Notes under the pieces: generated by a model
Databases searched by the model: none
Told to the model about the DNA's origin: nothing
What the model saw: only the letters and a program-made list of their open reading frames with translations
Shown here: positions 16,984 through 26,123 of the stretch, piece by piece
Layout: each line of letters opens with the position of its first letter
Numbering within the stretch: the stretch's first letter is position 1
Position numbers and translations under genes: made by a program
UHGV virus genome: UHGV-1367038
Direction: 5' to 3' (one strand)
From: a virus
Length of the DNA: 52,981 nt

Positions 16984-17305
16984 ATTCCATAAGTCATATG
17001 ATAGCAAGACGAACAAGCTATCTCTATTCATTGAATTCGAGCGCAGGATCGTGGTTGTGCCTTATTCGCGGCGTTTCAATGACGCTGGCGGGCGGCGACA
17101 GTTCGCGTTAGATATGCTGTTACGCGGATGTGGTCTTATGCGCCCGCTATCTGATTTAAAACGAATGATGCCGGGATCGTTCGGTCAGATTGATGAAATA
17201 GAAATAAGCCCGGAAGAACTGAAACGGGAGCGTGATTTATTCCTTTCAAGCGAAGGAAGCCCGTTCAATTCAGAAACTGAAATGAAATGGCATCATCCAC
17301 TATAA
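16973..17305 (+). CDS. Hypothetical protein
   Basis: 110 aa ORF. Confidence 0.5.
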   Translation: MKIKFHKSYDSKTNKLSLFIEFERRIVVVPYSRRFNDAGGRRQFALDMLLRGCGLMRPLSDLKRMMPGSFGQIDEIEISPEELKRERDLFLSSEGSPFNSETEMKWHHPL

Positions 17306-17316
17306 GGATAAATATC

Positions 17317-17937
17317 ATGAACGACGTCAAAACAGCTTATTCACTCGGCAGCGAAGGCATGTTAATCACTCGCTACACTGAAGACGCCAGCTTTCACGAA
17401 GTGTTAACTAAGGACTATCACGAAGTTATTAAAGATATGGATGCAGGCGTGTATGACGGTGATTTAAACCTGGCGCTACAGGTTGTTGACATTGTGATGG
17501 ATGCATCAATCCGCGATTACGTGTCTTTAAGCGCGGAAGAAAAAATATCGGTAGCACGTTACGTGTTCTGCCTCACTTTTGTGAAACGCATGGAGGAAGA
17601 ATTCGGGCGAGTACCAGTGCCGGAAGATCTGGACCCGCTTGCACATGGTAGCGCGGTAATGGTCCCGCTGGGCGACGGGGTGATGGGAAGTGCTTCATTG
17701 CATACAATCCGCGGACTGATGCGAGATGTGCTTGAGGATGGAGCACTTAAGAAAGCGGTAGAAGACGGTCGCGACGAGGAAGAATTTAAAAAATTCATGC
17801 CTGCTATTTATGGCGATATGGTCGGCGATAACATGCGTGCTAATGATTTCGGTGTTCAGTGCGTCATGGCTGTACTTAATGATGCCAGAAAACGTGCACA
17901 GCCAATGCCGAAACAGGAAAAACGTGTACTACATTAA
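17317..17937 (+). CDS. Hypothetical protein
   Basis: AAGGA RBS before ATG 17317; 206 aa. Confidence 0.55.
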   Translation: MNDVKTAYSLGSEGMLITRYTEDASFHEVLTKDYHEVIKDMDAGVYDGDLNLALQVVDIVMDASIRDYVSLSAEEKISVARYVFCLTFVKRMEEEFGRVPVPEDLDPLAHGSAVMVPLGDGVMGSASLHTIRGLMRDVLEDGALKKAVEDGRDEEEFKKFMPAIYGDMVGDNMRANDFGVQCVMAVLNDARKRAQPMPKQEKRVLH

Positions 17938-17940
17938 CAG

Positions 17941-18008
17941 CGTGATTGCGATCACATAAATATACATTTTGTATTGTGATCGCATATCCGTTTTGTAAAC
18001 TGAAATCG
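17941..18008 (+). promoter_or_regulatory. Conserved intergenic element: CRP-like palindrome cGTGA-N6-TCACA plus ATCCGTTTTGTAAAC block
   Basis: About 65-bp element shared with 21509..21576; lies 30-95 bp upstream of the next ATG. Confidence 0.45.
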
Positions 18009-18035
18009 AAAGGTTTACGACACGGAGGAAACAAG

Positions 18036-18254
18036 ATGGAACGCGAATTGATGCTCTACTGCGTAGAATGTGGCGTAGGTCATGATGCCTACGTCGCCGG
18101 GAAAAGCTATCCAGCCGATGAAGTGCTTTCTAATATGCACTTTAGAGAAAACGAATTTCAAATATCAGTATGGAAGCGATGCATTGATGGAATTGAGGTC
18201 GTTAGCCTTGAAAGATATTTAGGTAAATTCGACTACGGATTAATGGAGGCTTAA
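18036..18254 (+). CDS. Hypothetical Cys-containing small protein
   Basis: GGAGG RBS; MERELMLYCVECGVGHDAY. Confidence 0.5.
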   Translation: MERELMLYCVECGVGHDAYVAGKSYPADEVLSNMHFRENEFQISVWKRCIDGIEVVSLERYLGKFDYGLMEA

Positions 18255-18256
18255 CA

Positions 18257-18349
18257 ATGGACGACGCATTGTTATTCATGTGCATTTGCTGGGGATTTAT
18301 TGCTTTATGCTTATTTGTAAGATGGTTTATTGAATATCATATGAGGTGA
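18257..18349 (+). CDS. Small membrane peptide (30 aa)
   Basis: GGAGG RBS; MDDALLFMCICWGFIALCLFVRWFIEYHMR. Confidence 0.4.
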   Translation: MDDALLFMCICWGFIALCLFVRWFIEYHMR

Positions 18350-18352
18350 TGT

Positions 18353-18547
18353 ATGGAACAGGAAACTGATTACAGAATACCTGAAAACCTAAAGTTGGTA
18401 GGCATTGGTTTTGATTGTAGTTTTGTATCTGACGCAAACGGGGCGATTTATTTAGTGCGCATCATTGATGGCGTTCAGCATATAAGAAGGCTAGGACTTT
18501 ACATCAAAGCATTCAGAAGAGGTTATTTAAAAGCTCATGAAGTTTAA
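18353..18547 (+). CDS. Hypothetical protein
   Basis: 64 aa ORF. Confidence 0.45.
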   Translation: MEQETDYRIPENLKLVGIGFDCSFVSDANGAIYLVRIIDGVQHIRRLGLYIKAFRRGYLKAHEV

Positions 18548-18740
18548 ACACTATAAAGAATGGAAAATTCCAGAATCAGCAACAAAGGCAGCGCCAGGAA
18601 ATTTTTCTGGAGTTTATTTTTATATGGATGGCAAATGGTATTTCGGCAGCAGGCCGGATCACTATTATCAGGAAATATGCAAGACGCACGTATGGGATAT
18701 TAAAGAGCGTGTGAAAGATGGGGTGATCGAGGACGTTTAA
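18537..18740 (+). CDS. Hypothetical protein
   Basis: 67 aa ORF. Confidence 0.45.
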   Translation: MKFKHYKEWKIPESATKAAPGNFSGVYFYMDGKWYFGSRPDHYYQEICKTHVWDIKERVKDGVIEDV

Positions 18741-18741
18741 A

Positions 18742-18978
18742 ATGATTAAGAGCTTTTTTAACTGGTTGGGAGCGTGGATTTTATCCACGTTTTTTGTTTT
18801 CATGGCGTTCATGGCTGTTATCACTGTTATCATGCTTGGCGCTATGTTTATTACGTGGTCGCTGCCTGAATTTAACGAAATAGGCGATATCCTTGCCGCA
18901 GGTCGCGCTTTATTAACGGTTAGCGCATTTATCGGGTTTTGCTGGGCTGCCGCGCCAGATTGGGATGATCCTTTTTAA
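18742..18978 (+). CDS. Hypothetical membrane protein
   Basis: 78 aa; two predicted TM segments. Confidence 0.5.
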   Translation: MIKSFFNWLGAWILSTFFVFMAFMAVITVIMLGAMFITWSLPEFNEIGDILAAGRALLTVSAFIGFCWAAAPDWDDPF

Positions 18979-18980
18979 TT

Positions 18981-19214
18981 ATGGCTTTATTCAACATGTC
19001 AGAGCCGCAATTCAACGCCGTTAAAAATGCCGCCCGCGCGGCGCTTTCTGCCTGCAAAACTGAGGTGGAAAGAAACGGCTATAGCGATAAAGCCACGCGG
19101 CTGATACTCGACGAGCATTATCGCAAGGTCGCCCCGCTAATCAGCATTGAGCGTTTCGTGTGGTTGGTGGGGTATATGAATAACAGATGGGGAACTGATC
19201 AGGATTATTTCTAA
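18981..19214 (+). CDS. Hypothetical protein
   Basis: 77 aa ORF. Confidence 0.5.
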   Translation: MALFNMSEPQFNAVKNAARAALSACKTEVERNGYSDKATRLILDEHYRKVAPLISIERFVWLVGYMNNRWGTDQDYF

Positions 19215-19223
19215 GGGGGCGTA

Positions 19224-19763
19224 ATGAAAAATGATTTCGGCGGTAGCCATACGCCGCAGGAAATTAAAGACCTATGGCAAACGCCTAAGCCTGTCTTTAG
19301 AGGAATGGATCGGGAATTCGAATTCGTCGCGGATGTGGCGGCAAACAAGGCAAATGCATTAGTTCCGCGATATATAACCGAAGAAATGGACACACTACAT
19401 TATCCATGGGGAGCGGTGGCGATGCCTGGTGAATATGTCTGGATGAATCCACCATATTCTAATCCTGGGCCATTCGTTGATAAAGCGGCGCTGGAACATC
19501 ATCGAAACCATATCGGATGCGTAATGTTATTGCCCGCTGACATTTCTGTTAACTGGTTTATGAACGGCGTGGAGACGGCAAACGAATGCCGTTTAATCAC
19601 GCGCGGGCGACTGGCGTTTATCAATGCCGCGACTGGTAAACCAGTAAGCGGAAACAATAAAGGGAGCTTATTCTTGATCTGGCATCCACGATGCAGACAT
19701 GAATGTATTTTCACGCAGATAACACGTAAAGAGCTATATGCAAGAGGTGCAGAAAATGAGTAA
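19224..19763 (+). CDS. dam: Phage N6-adenine DNA methyltransferase (Dam-like)
   Basis: 179 aa; NPPY catalytic motif (VWMNPPYS). Confidence 0.7.
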   Translation: MKNDFGGSHTPQEIKDLWQTPKPVFRGMDREFEFVADVAANKANALVPRYITEEMDTLHYPWGAVAMPGEYVWMNPPYSNPGPFVDKAALEHHRNHIGCVMLLPADISVNWFMNGVETANECRLITRGRLAFINAATGKPVSGNNKGSLFLIWHPRCRHECIFTQITRKELYARGAENE

Positions 19764-20247
19764 AGCGGCTGAATTGCTAAGACTTGCGGCTGAAACTATT
19801 GAAGCAAGAGGGGAACAAAACGGATACGATCGAAAAGAAGAAAAATCAGCGCCAAAAATAGCCACTATTTACAACGCTAAGAAGGGGACAAATCTAACCA
19901 CGCTTGATGTATGGGATCTACTAATTTGTCTCAAGGAGGCGCGATTAGAGGCCATTTTAAGCAATGGTAGCGACCCGCTCGATACTCTTATAGACCTTAT
20001 TGCTTATAACGCGCTAAAAGCGGAGCAAATATTAACGGAGCGGGAGGAAGAACAAAGAAAGAAACAGGCTGTTTTTGATATGCCGTTAAATTGCGGCTGT
20101 AAGAAAGCCTCAATACCTGGCGACCTGATCGCCAGTGGTGAAGTAACGCTAAATGATAGCTTCCTACTTGATAACGGCTGGCGGTTTAATAAAGAGGCTT
20201 TATTGTATACACCGAAGGATCATAAAGATGGAAAGGGTGATGATTGA
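19756..20247 (+). CDS. Hypothetical protein
   Basis: GAGG RBS; 163 aa. Confidence 0.5.
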   Translation: MSKAAELLRLAAETIEARGEQNGYDRKEEKSAPKIATIYNAKKGTNLTTLDVWDLLICLKEARLEAILSNGSDPLDTLIDLIAYNALKAEQILTEREEEQRKKQAVFDMPLNCGCKKASIPGDLIASGEVTLNDSFLLDNGWRFNKEALLYTPKDHKDGKGDD

Positions 20248-20731
20248 CAGGTTATTAGCCTGCGTTTATGTCGCCGTTTTCGTTATCATCAATCTTATTG
20301 TTAATCACTGCGGCCCGTGGGTAATTCCGATCACCACGGTAGCCGCCGTGTATGTCAATATGATGATCCGTGACTTCCTGTTATATGACGGCGGCCTGAA
20401 ATGGTCGGCTACAACATGCGCCGCCGCTGGCGCAATCACGGTGCTGATAAACTACGATGCCGGAATGGTGGCGATTGCGTCATTCGTCGCGGTTGTTTCC
20501 GGTGCGCTTATTTCTGGCGGTGTTTACAGGATTTTACCTGGCGATTTCGACTCAAAACGCTGGCCTGCGAATATAGCGTCAGCCATTGGCGATTCGTTAA
20601 TTTTCCCCACGCTATCGTTTATGGCATTCATGCCGGAAATATCAGCTATGCAATTCATCTCAAAAATGGCAGCGGTAACGGTGATCACTATCATCATGCG
20701 CCGCTACTTTACATTCGAGGGTAGGAAATGA
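20228..20731 (+). CDS. Integral membrane protein; weak resemblance to YhhQ/DUF165 transporter family
   Basis: Multiple hydrophobic segments; RW...AS..G..D..F..F.AF pattern near C-terminus; family assignment is speculative. Confidence 0.5.
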   Translation: MERVMIDRLLACVYVAVFVIINLIVNHCGPWVIPITTVAAVYVNMMIRDFLLYDGGLKWSATTCAAAGAITVLINYDAGMVAIASFVAVVSGALISGGVYRILPGDFDSKRWPANIASAIGDSLIFPTLSFMAFMPEISAMQFISKMAAVTVITIIMRRYFTFEGRK

Positions 20732-21486
20732 GTGGGCTTAGAAATTGGGTGGTGTGGTCGCTGTACGACGGCAGCGGATACGCCGTTAAAGATTGGGCCG
20801 ACGCTGGTTATAAATGCTATTGCTTCAACTATGATGGCGCTAATCACGGCGATTATGAAGGCGTCAAAATCATTCATCCGAACATTGAGTATGTCAACGT
20901 ATGGATTGACAGCCATTTCCTGGTGATGTTCTCCCCTGAATTGTCTGTATATCCAGATCCTGACATTATTTTGGCCTTCCCGCCGTGCGACGATCTCGCT
21001 GTTTCCGGCGCTCGCTGGTTTGCTGATAAGCGGAAAAAAGATCCTCACTTTCAGGATAAGGCAGCGTATAACGCAAAACTGGTGGAAACGCTGGCTGACA
21101 TGTACCACGTGCCGTGGATGGTGGAAAATCCGGTGGGCGCACTGTCAACGTTATGGCGTAAACCGGATTTTATCTTTAATCCGTGCGCTTACGGTGGTTA
21201 TCTGCCTGAAGATGATGAACATCCATCTTTCCCGGATGTTTACCCTCCGCGCGACGCGTATACGAAGAAGACTTGTATCTGGTGTGGTAACGGATTTAAA
21301 CAGCCTCTTTTTAGACCTGTAGATCTTAACTCTGATGATAACCCTGGCTGGGCGAAAACAGGAGGCAGGACGAAAAGGACTAAGATGATCCGCTCGCTAA
21401 CGCCGCGTGGATTCGCCAGAGCTGTATTCCTGGCTAACGACCGGGCAATCACGAGGACTACTCTTAACCGCGTTTTACCGGATTGA
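20728..21486 (+). CDS. DNA cytosine-5 methyltransferase-like protein (short form)
   Basis: FPPCDDLAVSG resembles C5-MTase motif IV (PPCQxFSxAG); ENPVG resembles motif VI (ENV); DGSG motif I-like. Confidence 0.45.
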   Translation: MSGLRNWVVWSLYDGSGYAVKDWADAGYKCYCFNYDGANHGDYEGVKIIHPNIEYVNVWIDSHFLVMFSPELSVYPDPDIILAFPPCDDLAVSGARWFADKRKKDPHFQDKAAYNAKLVETLADMYHVPWMVENPVGALSTLWRKPDFIFNPCAYGGYLPEDDEHPSFPDVYPPRDAYTKKTCIWCGNGFKQPLFRPVDLNSDDNPGWAKTGGRTKRTKMIRSLTPRGFARAVFLANDRAITRTTLNRVLPD

Positions 21487-21508
21487 TGTTTACAAAATGG
21501 CGTCATTG

Positions 21509-21576
21509 TGTGATGAGGATCACATAATGGCGCTTTATTGCTTGTTCGCATGTATCCGTTTTGTATACTTCAAACA
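21509..21576 (+). promoter_or_regulatory. Conserved intergenic element: perfect CRP-consensus palindrome TGTGA-N6-TCACA plus ATCCGTTTTGTATAC block
   Basis: TGTGATGAGGATCACA at 21509..21524; homologous to 17941..18008. Confidence 0.5.
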
Positions 21577-21647
21577 AACAAAATGCTCTTTAAAAATCCG
21601 GTAACGCTGAAATGCGTAAAAATCACCTGAAAAAAGGAGAGAGCATT

Positions 21648-21824
21648 ATGCCTTTTGAGAATTACCAATGGCATGACGACTATGAGAGAGAAAGTGTCAT
21701 GCGTGCAATGTGCAATGTATGTAGCACTAAGAAAGGAGAATGTAACGAGTGCAACGAATGCGTAGATCGCTTGCTAAGGGCAGGACACGCCGAAAGGCTG
21801 AACGAAACAGAGAATCAAAAATAA
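21648..21824 (+). CDS. Small Cys-rich (zinc-finger-like) protein
   Basis: GGAGAG RBS; CNVCSTKKGECNECNEC. Confidence 0.5.
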   Translation: MPFENYQWHDDYERESVMRAMCNVCSTKKGECNECNECVDRLLRAGHAERLNETENQK

Positions 21825-21838
21825 TCGGGGTGGTTTTT

Positions 21839-22444
21839 ATGCAAAACCCTAAGAAACCAATAAGACGCCGTTGCAAATGCTGCGGCGTTTTTTTTGAGCC
21901 TAAATATCACAATCAGACGTGGTGCAGTGACGAATGCCTGGAAGAACTGAAGTTTGACCAGCTATGCCGCGACCGTGAGAAGGCTATGAAGGCAATGGAA
22001 CGGAAGAAACGCCGTGACAGCCAGCGGGAAGAACGCAACCGGAAGCGGAAACAGTTAAATCCGCGCAGCTACTGGCTGAAACAGGCGCAAGCGGTATTTA
22101 ATGCCTATATCCGCGAACGTGACGCGCGGTTACCGTGTATATCATGCGGCACTTACTACGGTGAGCAATGTTCATGGGATGCGGGCCATTATAGAACGGT
22201 CGCCGCCGCCGGACACCTTCGCTTCAATGAAGATAACGTCCACAAACAATGCAGACACTGCAACCAGACGTTAGACGGCAACATCGGAGGTTATCGCCAG
22301 GCGCTGATTAGAAAAATCGGCCTAGCCAGGGTGGTAGCACTGGAGAACAACAACGATACGCACAAATGGACGATCGAAGAATGTAAGGAGATCATAAAAG
22401 TTTATCAGGCGAAGTTGGACGCCTTAAGGAGAAAGGCAGCATGA
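21839..22444 (+). CDS. ninG: NinG/Rap recombination-associated protein
   Basis: Resembles lambda NinG (RRCKCCGVFF..LPCISCGT..WDAGHYRT..HKQCRHCNQ..WTIEECKEI); GGGGTGG RBS. Confidence 0.8.
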   Translation: MQNPKKPIRRRCKCCGVFFEPKYHNQTWCSDECLEELKFDQLCRDREKAMKAMERKKRRDSQREERNRKRKQLNPRSYWLKQAQAVFNAYIRERDARLPCISCGTYYGEQCSWDAGHYRTVAAAGHLRFNEDNVHKQCRHCNQTLDGNIGGYRQALIRKIGLARVVALENNNDTHKWTIEECKEIIKVYQAKLDALRRKAA

Positions 22445-22848
22445 ATGAATATACTTTTAGCCTGCCTTACCCTCCATCAGCAAATAAATATTACCGCCAC
22501 GCCAGAGGATTTAACTATATAAGCAAGGAAGGCAAGGAATACAGGGAGCAGGTAAAAGATATTATAGAACTGCTTAATCTGAATATTAACCTTAAGTGTA
22601 GGCTATCAATAACGGTGTATATTGCGCCGCCAGATAGTAGACGCCGCGATATTGATAATGTAGGAAAAGCGTTATTTGACGCTATAACTTATTCCTGTTT
22701 TTGGGCTGATGATAGCCAGGTTGATGCAATGAAGTTTGTCCGCTGCCGGAAGGTAAAAGGAGGGCGACTATTTATCAAGGTACGCGAACGCGGCGACCTG
22801 CTACCGGATATTGACGAATACGCGACCAATATGTGGGGTGAGCAATGA
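22441..22848 (+). CDS. rusA: RusA-family Holliday junction resolvase
   Basis: 135 aa; LPYPPSANKYYRH..RRRDIDN..FWADDSQV..KGGRL pattern of RusA. Confidence 0.85.
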   Translation: MNEYTFSLPYPPSANKYYRHARGFNYISKEGKEYREQVKDIIELLNLNINLKCRLSITVYIAPPDSRRRDIDNVGKALFDAITYSCFWADDSQVDAMKFVRCRKVKGGRLFIKVRERGDLLPDIDEYATNMWGEQ

Positions 22849-23027
22849 AAAACGAAATTAAAGATCTGCAAATTGATATTCAGCGCGACGAGCGTGATTT
22901 AGAAACGGTCAGACAAATCCAGGCTTTCCACATGCGAGAATTACTCGCGCTAAAAGAGTTTGAAAGGAAGTTAGTGCAAGCTATTTCTGATCGCAAACGC
23001 CTTGTTGCTCGTTACGGGGGCAAATAA
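22845..23027 (+). CDS. Hypothetical protein
   Basis: 60 aa ORF, coupled. Confidence 0.45.
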   Translation: MKNEIKDLQIDIQRDERDLETVRQIQAFHMRELLALKEFERKLVQAISDRKRLVARYGGK

Positions 23028-23755
23028 TGAATTTAGAGTCAATTCTAAAATTCCACTTTCCTAAATCGCCGCGATTATCAGACGAAAGCCGTGGTACATC
23101 CCCTGATGCGCTTAATACTACTGATGCGCTTACCGCAGCTGGTATGGCGCAATCTCGCGTAGAGCTTGGATATAGCGCTTTTTTGGGAAAGATGGAGCTA
23201 TCGCAAGCCGAAAAACACAGGGCCGTAGTTTTGCTTACAGAGCGTTTAAGAGCTATGGCAAAAGATTACGAATACGTCATGGAACTGGACGAGGAAAAGC
23301 GCAATGATTTTATTATTCTTGTTGCCGTTTTCGCGTTTCGGGATTACTGCCAGAGTGCAGCGACCGAAAAAGTTTGCCCTAAGTGCTGCGGTCACGGGCA
23401 TTTACCAAATCAATATTGCAAATACACATCAACAATTTGCGCACGGTGCGGCGGCAAAGGCTACGTTAAAAACCATTGCCAGCGGTGCAAGGGCCGTGGC
23501 GAAGTACCGGATAAAGCAGCCAGCGAGGCAGCGGAAATGCCAGTTTTCAGAACGTGCCAGCATTGCGGCGGGCGCGGGTACTCGCGTTTCCCTGTAGATC
23601 TTGTCCGGCAGGCGGTTAATCAGCTTGTTTTTCCGGTAAGCCGATCAACATGGTGGAAGAAATACAGGGTTTTCTATGAGGACGCCATAGCTGAGCTATT
23701 CAAAGAAGAAGCCCGCGCGGAAAGCGAAATCAAGCGAGTGACGAGAGGTGAATAA
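23027..23755 (+). CDS. Putative late-gene regulator (Q-like antiterminator candidate) with DnaJ-type CxxCxGxG zinc fingers
   Basis: CPKCCGHGH, CARCGGKGY, CQRCKGRGE, CQHCGGRGY; position after NinG-RusA as in lambdoid phages. Confidence 0.4.
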   Translation: MNLESILKFHFPKSPRLSDESRGTSPDALNTTDALTAAGMAQSRVELGYSAFLGKMELSQAEKHRAVVLLTERLRAMAKDYEYVMELDEEKRNDFIILVAVFAFRDYCQSAATEKVCPKCCGHGHLPNQYCKYTSTICARCGGKGYVKNHCQRCKGRGEVPDKAASEAAEMPVFRTCQHCGGRGYSRFPVDLVRQAVNQLVFPVSRSTWWKKYRVFYEDAIAELFKEEARAESEIKRVTRGE

Positions 23756-23958
23756 TGGATAAGTTGGAAATAAACGATCAGTTCGCTGTTATCTTATTCG
23801 AAGATAAAACAGGCGGCGCATGGTGTAAGAAAGTCACTGGTGCTGAAGCGCGTTTAATATTAGGCATGGCAAGCGCATTAAACGAAGGCGAATTACCAGC
23901 AGTTCCCATTGAACCAGTTCACATTTACGGACGGAAGAAAGACGATGAAAATAATTAA
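23755..23958 (+). CDS. Hypothetical protein
   Basis: 67 aa ORF. Confidence 0.45.
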   Translation: MDKLEINDQFAVILFEDKTGGAWCKKVTGAEARLILGMASALNEGELPAVPIEPVHIYGRKKDDENN

Positions 23959-24292
23959 CATTGGGTGGTTGTATTGCGAAAACTGCGACGAAGACGGCAT
24001 GGTCGTTAAGACTGAAAAAGGCTGCGGCCTCTTTCTGTATCAAGGCGATAAGTTTGTTTGCCCGCGATGCGGTGGTAGTGGTGAAATAGAAATTATTGAA
24101 GATAGCGCAACAGCGCCAGATCCAGAGCGCATTGTTCTTGATGAAAAAATAAAAATTCATCCTGATTTATTACAGCAAATCATCGATCACGTATCGGCAG
24201 CAGCAATCTACAGCAATAACAATTATCAGCGTGAAATTAACGTCAAACGTGCGCTTGAGCAATATTTTAAGGGTGACGATGATGAAGCCTAA
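23945..24292 (+). CDS. Small zinc-ribbon protein
   Basis: CENCDEDG...CPRCGGSG. Confidence 0.5.
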   Translation: MKIINIGWLYCENCDEDGMVVKTEKGCGLFLYQGDKFVCPRCGGSGEIEIIEDSATAPDPERIVLDEKIKIHPDLLQQIIDHVSAAAIYSNNNYQREINVKRALEQYFKGDDDEA

Positions 24293-24551
24293 ATTAAAAG
24301 AACATCTATTTGCAAAGCTGGTTAATGACCTGACATTATCCGCGCGGTTGTGTCGTGATACGCAACAATTAGGGGCGTGGATAGCAAGGGATTTAAGAAA
24401 ATACATTGAGCCGGGCGGACCAGGCGATGAAATGACGATGGATAAGGCCATCAAGCGCCGGACGGCTGAATGGTCAGTGAGTAATACCGGATTAACCGGA
24501 TACATCGAAGGCTACAACGACTGCTTACAGGATCATAGCGATGGCAAGTAA
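24282..24551 (+). CDS. Hypothetical protein
   Basis: AAGGGTG RBS; 89 aa. Confidence 0.45.
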   Translation: MKPKLKEHLFAKLVNDLTLSARLCRDTQQLGAWIARDLRKYIEPGGPGDEMTMDKAIKRRTAEWSVSNTGLTGYIEGYNDCLQDHSDGK

Positions 24552-24849
24552 AGATCTACATTTAAACCTGAAAGGAGAATACTTTTACGCTATCCGGGCG
24601 GGAAAGAAGGTGGAGGAATACCGACTTTATAATGACTACTGGCGTAAACGCCTGGAATGGCGGGAATATGAACGCCTGATCATTAAGCTGGGCTATCCAG
24701 CCAGCCACGAAACACACCGGATCATAAACCTGCCTTATTTCGGGTATGAAGTGAAAACTATCACACATCCATTGTTCGGCCATGATCCTGTAAAGGTATT
24801 CGCAATTAAGTGTGATGTGAATTGGATGTTAAGGTGGGGTGAGCAATGA
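24541..24849 (+). CDS. ASCH-domain-like protein
   Basis: GEYFYAIRAGKKVEEYRLYND resembles ASCH GxKxxExR. Confidence 0.45.
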   Translation: MASKDLHLNLKGEYFYAIRAGKKVEEYRLYNDYWRKRLEWREYERLIIKLGYPASHETHRIINLPYFGYEVKTITHPLFGHDPVKVFAIKCDVNWMLRWGEQ

Positions 24850-25064
24850 AAAGTAACCGTAAACGCCTGGTAAGGGCATATGACAAAGCGTTAAAGGCTT
24901 TTGATGATCTGCGACACAATAAGCGACAGCGCCGTAAATGGGCGCGAATGCTTGTTCATGAATGGCATTATCCTGATGCTGCCTTGATAGAAGGCGCACC
25001 GCCATTTACACAGGAACAAGCCGACGAAGTAGCTAGCGATAACGTTTATTACATGATGTGGTGA
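24846..25064 (+). CDS. Hypothetical protein
   Basis: 72 aa ORF. Confidence 0.45.
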   Translation: MKSNRKRLVRAYDKALKAFDDLRHNKRQRRKWARMLVHEWHYPDAALIEGAPPFTQEQADEVASDNVYYMMW

Positions 25065-25068
25065 CAAT

Positions 25069-25434
25069 ATGAAAATAATCATTGATTACCTTTGCCATAT
25101 ATTCAATACAATTTTTGGTTTTTATCAACATCCGTTTCTTAAAGAATGGGATGCGATGCTAAACGAAATCCTCGACAAAGGATTAATAATGGAGGTTGAC
25201 GAGCTTACAATAAAAATTAATTATGATGGTGAAGAATATCAAATTTGGGTGGGTAATAGATGGTATGCATACGCACATATTTATTCACTAAATGGAAAAC
25301 TCCTAACTAATAGACAGGAATTCCGACCGCGATTCCGCACAATGCGCCGACTACATAACCTGCATATGAATCTATTTGAAGACCAGGAAGCACGGGAATT
25401 ATTCAAGATCTATGGAGATAAATCATGGAGCTAA
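25069..25434 (+). CDS. Hypothetical protein
   Basis: 121 aa ORF. Confidence 0.5.
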   Translation: MKIIIDYLCHIFNTIFGFYQHPFLKEWDAMLNEILDKGLIMEVDELTIKINYDGEEYQIWVGNRWYAYAHIYSLNGKLLTNRQEFRPRFRTMRRLHNLHMNLFEDQEARELFKIYGDKSWS

Positions 25435-25655
25435 AAATCTGGCAGGCTATCGACGTAGTTGATAATGAATTATCTATGTTTGCCACTGATGGAAAGCGCG
25501 TGGTGATCGCTACATGGACGCGCAACCATGATGATATTGTTTTTCGTCGCAAGGCTGCGGAGTGGCTTTTCTCTGATGAAGGCTACACGATGAACATCAC
25601 ACAGCTTGCCAGAATGAAGGATGAAAAGCTGGTAGATAGTTACACGACTGCATAG
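25425..25655 (+). CDS. Hypothetical protein
   Basis: 76 aa ORF. Confidence 0.45.
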   Translation: MELKIWQAIDVVDNELSMFATDGKRVVIATWTRNHDDIVFRRKAAEWLFSDEGYTMNITQLARMKDEKLVDSYTTA

Positions 25656-25665
25656 TGGGGCAAAT

Positions 25666-25899
25666 ATGCGTATCTATGAACACAAGCGGGATAAAACCCG
25701 CTTTTTTGTTCGTGCTGGCGTGGCGTACCAGTATCACGAATGCGGATATATCGAGGCGCTTGCTTACGACCTTGATTTTGAACAAGAAAAAGAATGGTTT
25801 GACTTTAAGATTTACCGGAAGCGCAAGCCGACGCGCGACGAGCGCCACGCTATTCGTGACTTTTTAATCAGCATTGACCGGTGGGAGGCAGAAGAATGA
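25666..25899 (+). CDS. Hypothetical protein
   Basis: 77 aa ORF. Confidence 0.45.
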   Translation: MRIYEHKRDKTRFFVRAGVAYQYHECGYIEALAYDLDFEQEKEWFDFKIYRKRKPTRDERHAIRDFLISIDRWEAEE

Positions 25900-26123
25900 A
25901 AGTTAAATTCTTGCACGATCACGGATACCCGTCATTTAAACAGGTTGTTGGTAAGGTCGTTAATGTCGTTCATAGCGATGATGTTACTTGCATGATTAAT
26001 GGTGCTGATCTCATCGCCGCTGGTGCTGACGACCATTACATCAATCCTGCTTGGTCGTATACGTTCAGCCTTGGTGATTTCGTCGGGGATAAGGGGCGCG
26101 GGCTTGAGATTGTAGAGGATTAA
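25896..26123 (+). CDS. Hypothetical protein
   Basis: ATGA overlap; MKVKFLHDHGYPSFKQVVGK. Confidence 0.45.
   Translation: MKVKFLHDHGYPSFKQVVGKVVNVVHSDDVTCMINGADLIAAGADDHYINPAWSYTFSLGDFVGDKGRGLEIVED

Noticed and set aside
20401-21322. Alternative-frame ORFs 20401..20724 and 21020..21322 overlapping the membrane protein and MTase-like genes
   Set aside because: Arg/Trp/Cys-rich translations typical of out-of-frame reading of real genes; no RBS.
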